Shown here one piece after another: positions 62,486 through 64,000 of a stretch of 64,000 nt of DNA (the first letter of the stretch is position 1; every line of letters starts with the position of its first letter). Where the stretch lies: NCBI GenBank assembly GCA_963728915.1, contig CAVSLV010000001.1:768001-832000 (forward strand), read 5' to 3'. This DNA is from an uncultured Gemmatimonadales bacterium. GTDB lineage: Bacteria; Gemmatimonadota; Gemmatimonadetes; Gemmatimonadales; GWC2-71-9. Position numbers and translations under genes: made by a program. The notes under the pieces were generated by a model that worked only from the letters and a program-made list of their open reading frames with translations, did not search any database and was not told where the DNA came from.

Positions 62486-64000
62486 ACCACACGGCCGCAA
62501 GGGGAGGCAGGGTCAGCGACACCGAGTCCGGGCGACCGTGCAGGGGAACCGGAGCCGACTCCACCCCTCCCATGTTGCCCCACCCGCTCCCGCCGAATTC
62601 CACCGCATCGGTGTTGAGCCGTTCCACCCAGACCCCACCGCGGGGAACCCCCACCCGGTAATTCTGCCGCGGGAGCGGAGTGAAGTTGAAGGCGGCGAGC
62701 ACCACCTCCCCTTCGGTCCGTCCCCGGCGAAGCAGAGTCACCACACTGGACTCCACGTCATTGCAGTCGATCCATTCGAACCCGCCGGGATCAACGTCGA
62801 GGTCGTGCAGGGCAGGGGTCTCTCGATAGAGGCGGTTGAGAGCGCCCACGCACCGTTGCACCCCGGCGTGGAACGGTTGCTCGAGGAGGTGCCAGTCGAG
62901 GCTCCGATCGTGGTTCCACTCCCGTTCCTGCCCGAACTCGCCACCCATGAAGAGCAGCTTCTTCCCGGGCTCGCCGTAGAGCCAGGCGAGCAACAGCCGC
63001 AGGTTGGCGAACCGTTGCCACTCGTCCCCCGGCATCTTGTTCAGGAGGGAGCCCTTCCCGTGCACCACTTCGTCATGGGACAAGGGGAGCACGAAGTTCT
63101 CGGTATAGGCGTACATCCCCCGGAAGGTCAGCCGATTGTGGTGGTACCGGCGATGGATCGGATCGCGCGCGAAATAGTCCAGCGTGTCGTGCATCCATCC
63201 CATGTCCCACTTGAGCCCGAACCCCAGCCCGCCCACGTACAGCGGACGGGACACCATCGGCCACGCGGTGGACTCCTCCGCGATGGTCTGGACGTCGGGG
63301 TGCTCCCGGAACACGGTTTCGTTGAAGTGGCGGAGAAATCCGATCGCTTCCAGATTCTCACGCCCCCCGTACCGATTGGGAACCCACTCCCCTTCACGTC
63401 GCGAATAGTCCAGGTAGAGCATCGAGGCGACCGCGTCGACCCGAAGGCCGTCTCCGTGATAGACCTCGAGCCAGTACCGGGCGCTGCTCAGCAGAAAGCT
63501 CCGCACCTCATGGCGCCCATAGTTGAAGATCGCGCTGTCCCAATCGCGATGGTGACCCTGGCGGGGATCGGCATGCTCGTACAGGTGCGTCCCATCGAAG
63601 TAGATCAATCCGTGCTCGTCCGTTGGGAAGTGTGACGGGACCCAATCGAAGATGACGCCGATTCCCCGCTGGTGCAGGTAGTCCACCAGGTACATGAGAT
63701 CCTGCGCCGCCCCGTACCGGCTGGTGGGCGCGAAATACCCGGTTACCTGGTATCCCCAGGACCCGTAGAAAGGATGCTCCGCGAGGGGCAGGAACTCGAC
63801 GTGGGTGAACCCCATCCGCTCCACATAGTCGGCGAGCCGCGGCGCGATCTCCCGGTAGGTGAGAAATCGGTTGTCTTCTTCGGGCACCCGCATCCAGGAT
63901 CCCAGGTGGACTTCGTAAATCGAGATCGCACTGGAAAGAGCATTCCGGTCCCGTCGGGATTGCATCCAGGCGGCATCTCCCCAGTCGTAGTCGAGGTCCC
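62472..64000 (-). CDS. glgB: 1,4-alpha-glucan branching enzyme, 5' end outside window
   Basis: [49 protein letters not shown]. Confidence 0.97.
   Translation of the reverse strand, partial: DLDYDWGDAAWMQSRRDRNALSSAISIYEVHLGSWMRVPEEDNRFLTYREIAPRLADYVERMGFTHVEFLPLAEHPFYGSWGYQVTGYFAPTSRYGAAQDLMYLVDYLHQRGIGVIFDWVPSHFPTDEHGLIYFDGTHLYEHADPRQGHHRDWDSAIFNYGRHEVRSFLLSSARYWLEVYHGDGLRVDAVASMLYLDYSRREGEWVPNRYGGRENLEAIGFLRHFNETVFREHPDVQTIAEESTAWPMVSRPLYVGGLGFGLKWDMGWMHDTLDYFARDPIHRRYHHNRLTFRGMYAYTENFVLPLSHDEVVHGKGSLLNKMPGDEWQRFANLRLLLAWLYGEPGKKLLFMGGEFGQEREWNHDRSLDWHLLEQPFHAGVQRCVGALNRLYRETPALHDLDVDPGGFEWIDCNDVESSVVTLLRRGRTEGEVVLAAFNFTPLPRQNYRVGVPRGGVWVERLNTDAVEFGGSGWGNMGGVESAPVPLHGRPDSVSLTLPPLAAVWFTPG

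Overview
GC-rich bacterial chromosome segment; the 16S sequence and gene order suggest Gemmatimonadota (my inference, no database search). 1-37.5 kb is mostly housekeeping: a nucleotide-sugar operon, serS-pcrA-gatCAB, murA-pgeF, nusA-L7Ae-infB-rbfA-truB-ribF-secDF-tatD-fhs-ridA-selC, murI, lptE, rph-rdgB, tRNA-Pro, CHAD, tRNA-Arg and hppD-hmgA. 37.5-49.6 kb is accessory: a VapBC module, a seven-gene Ehr (Hyf-like, NiFe-less) membrane complex led by an HTH-PTS EIIA gene, and an ECF sigma/Ser-Thr kinase-TPR pair. A complete 16S-23S-5S operon without spacer tRNAs follows (49.96-54.76 kb). After it come a partly decayed patch of secreted-protein genes, amidohydrolase-DDAH-cysK and the 3' part of glgB. 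Best leads: the Ehr complex, whose large subunit lacks the NiFe cysteines and whose small subunit has a decayed ferredoxin domain; tRNA-Sec lying inside an open reading frame; probable ATA/CTG starts overlapping upstream stop codons; a rimP-type attenuator with no rimP; and a DnaA box in an atypical stretch of pgeF. No CRISPR array, integrase or transposase was seen.
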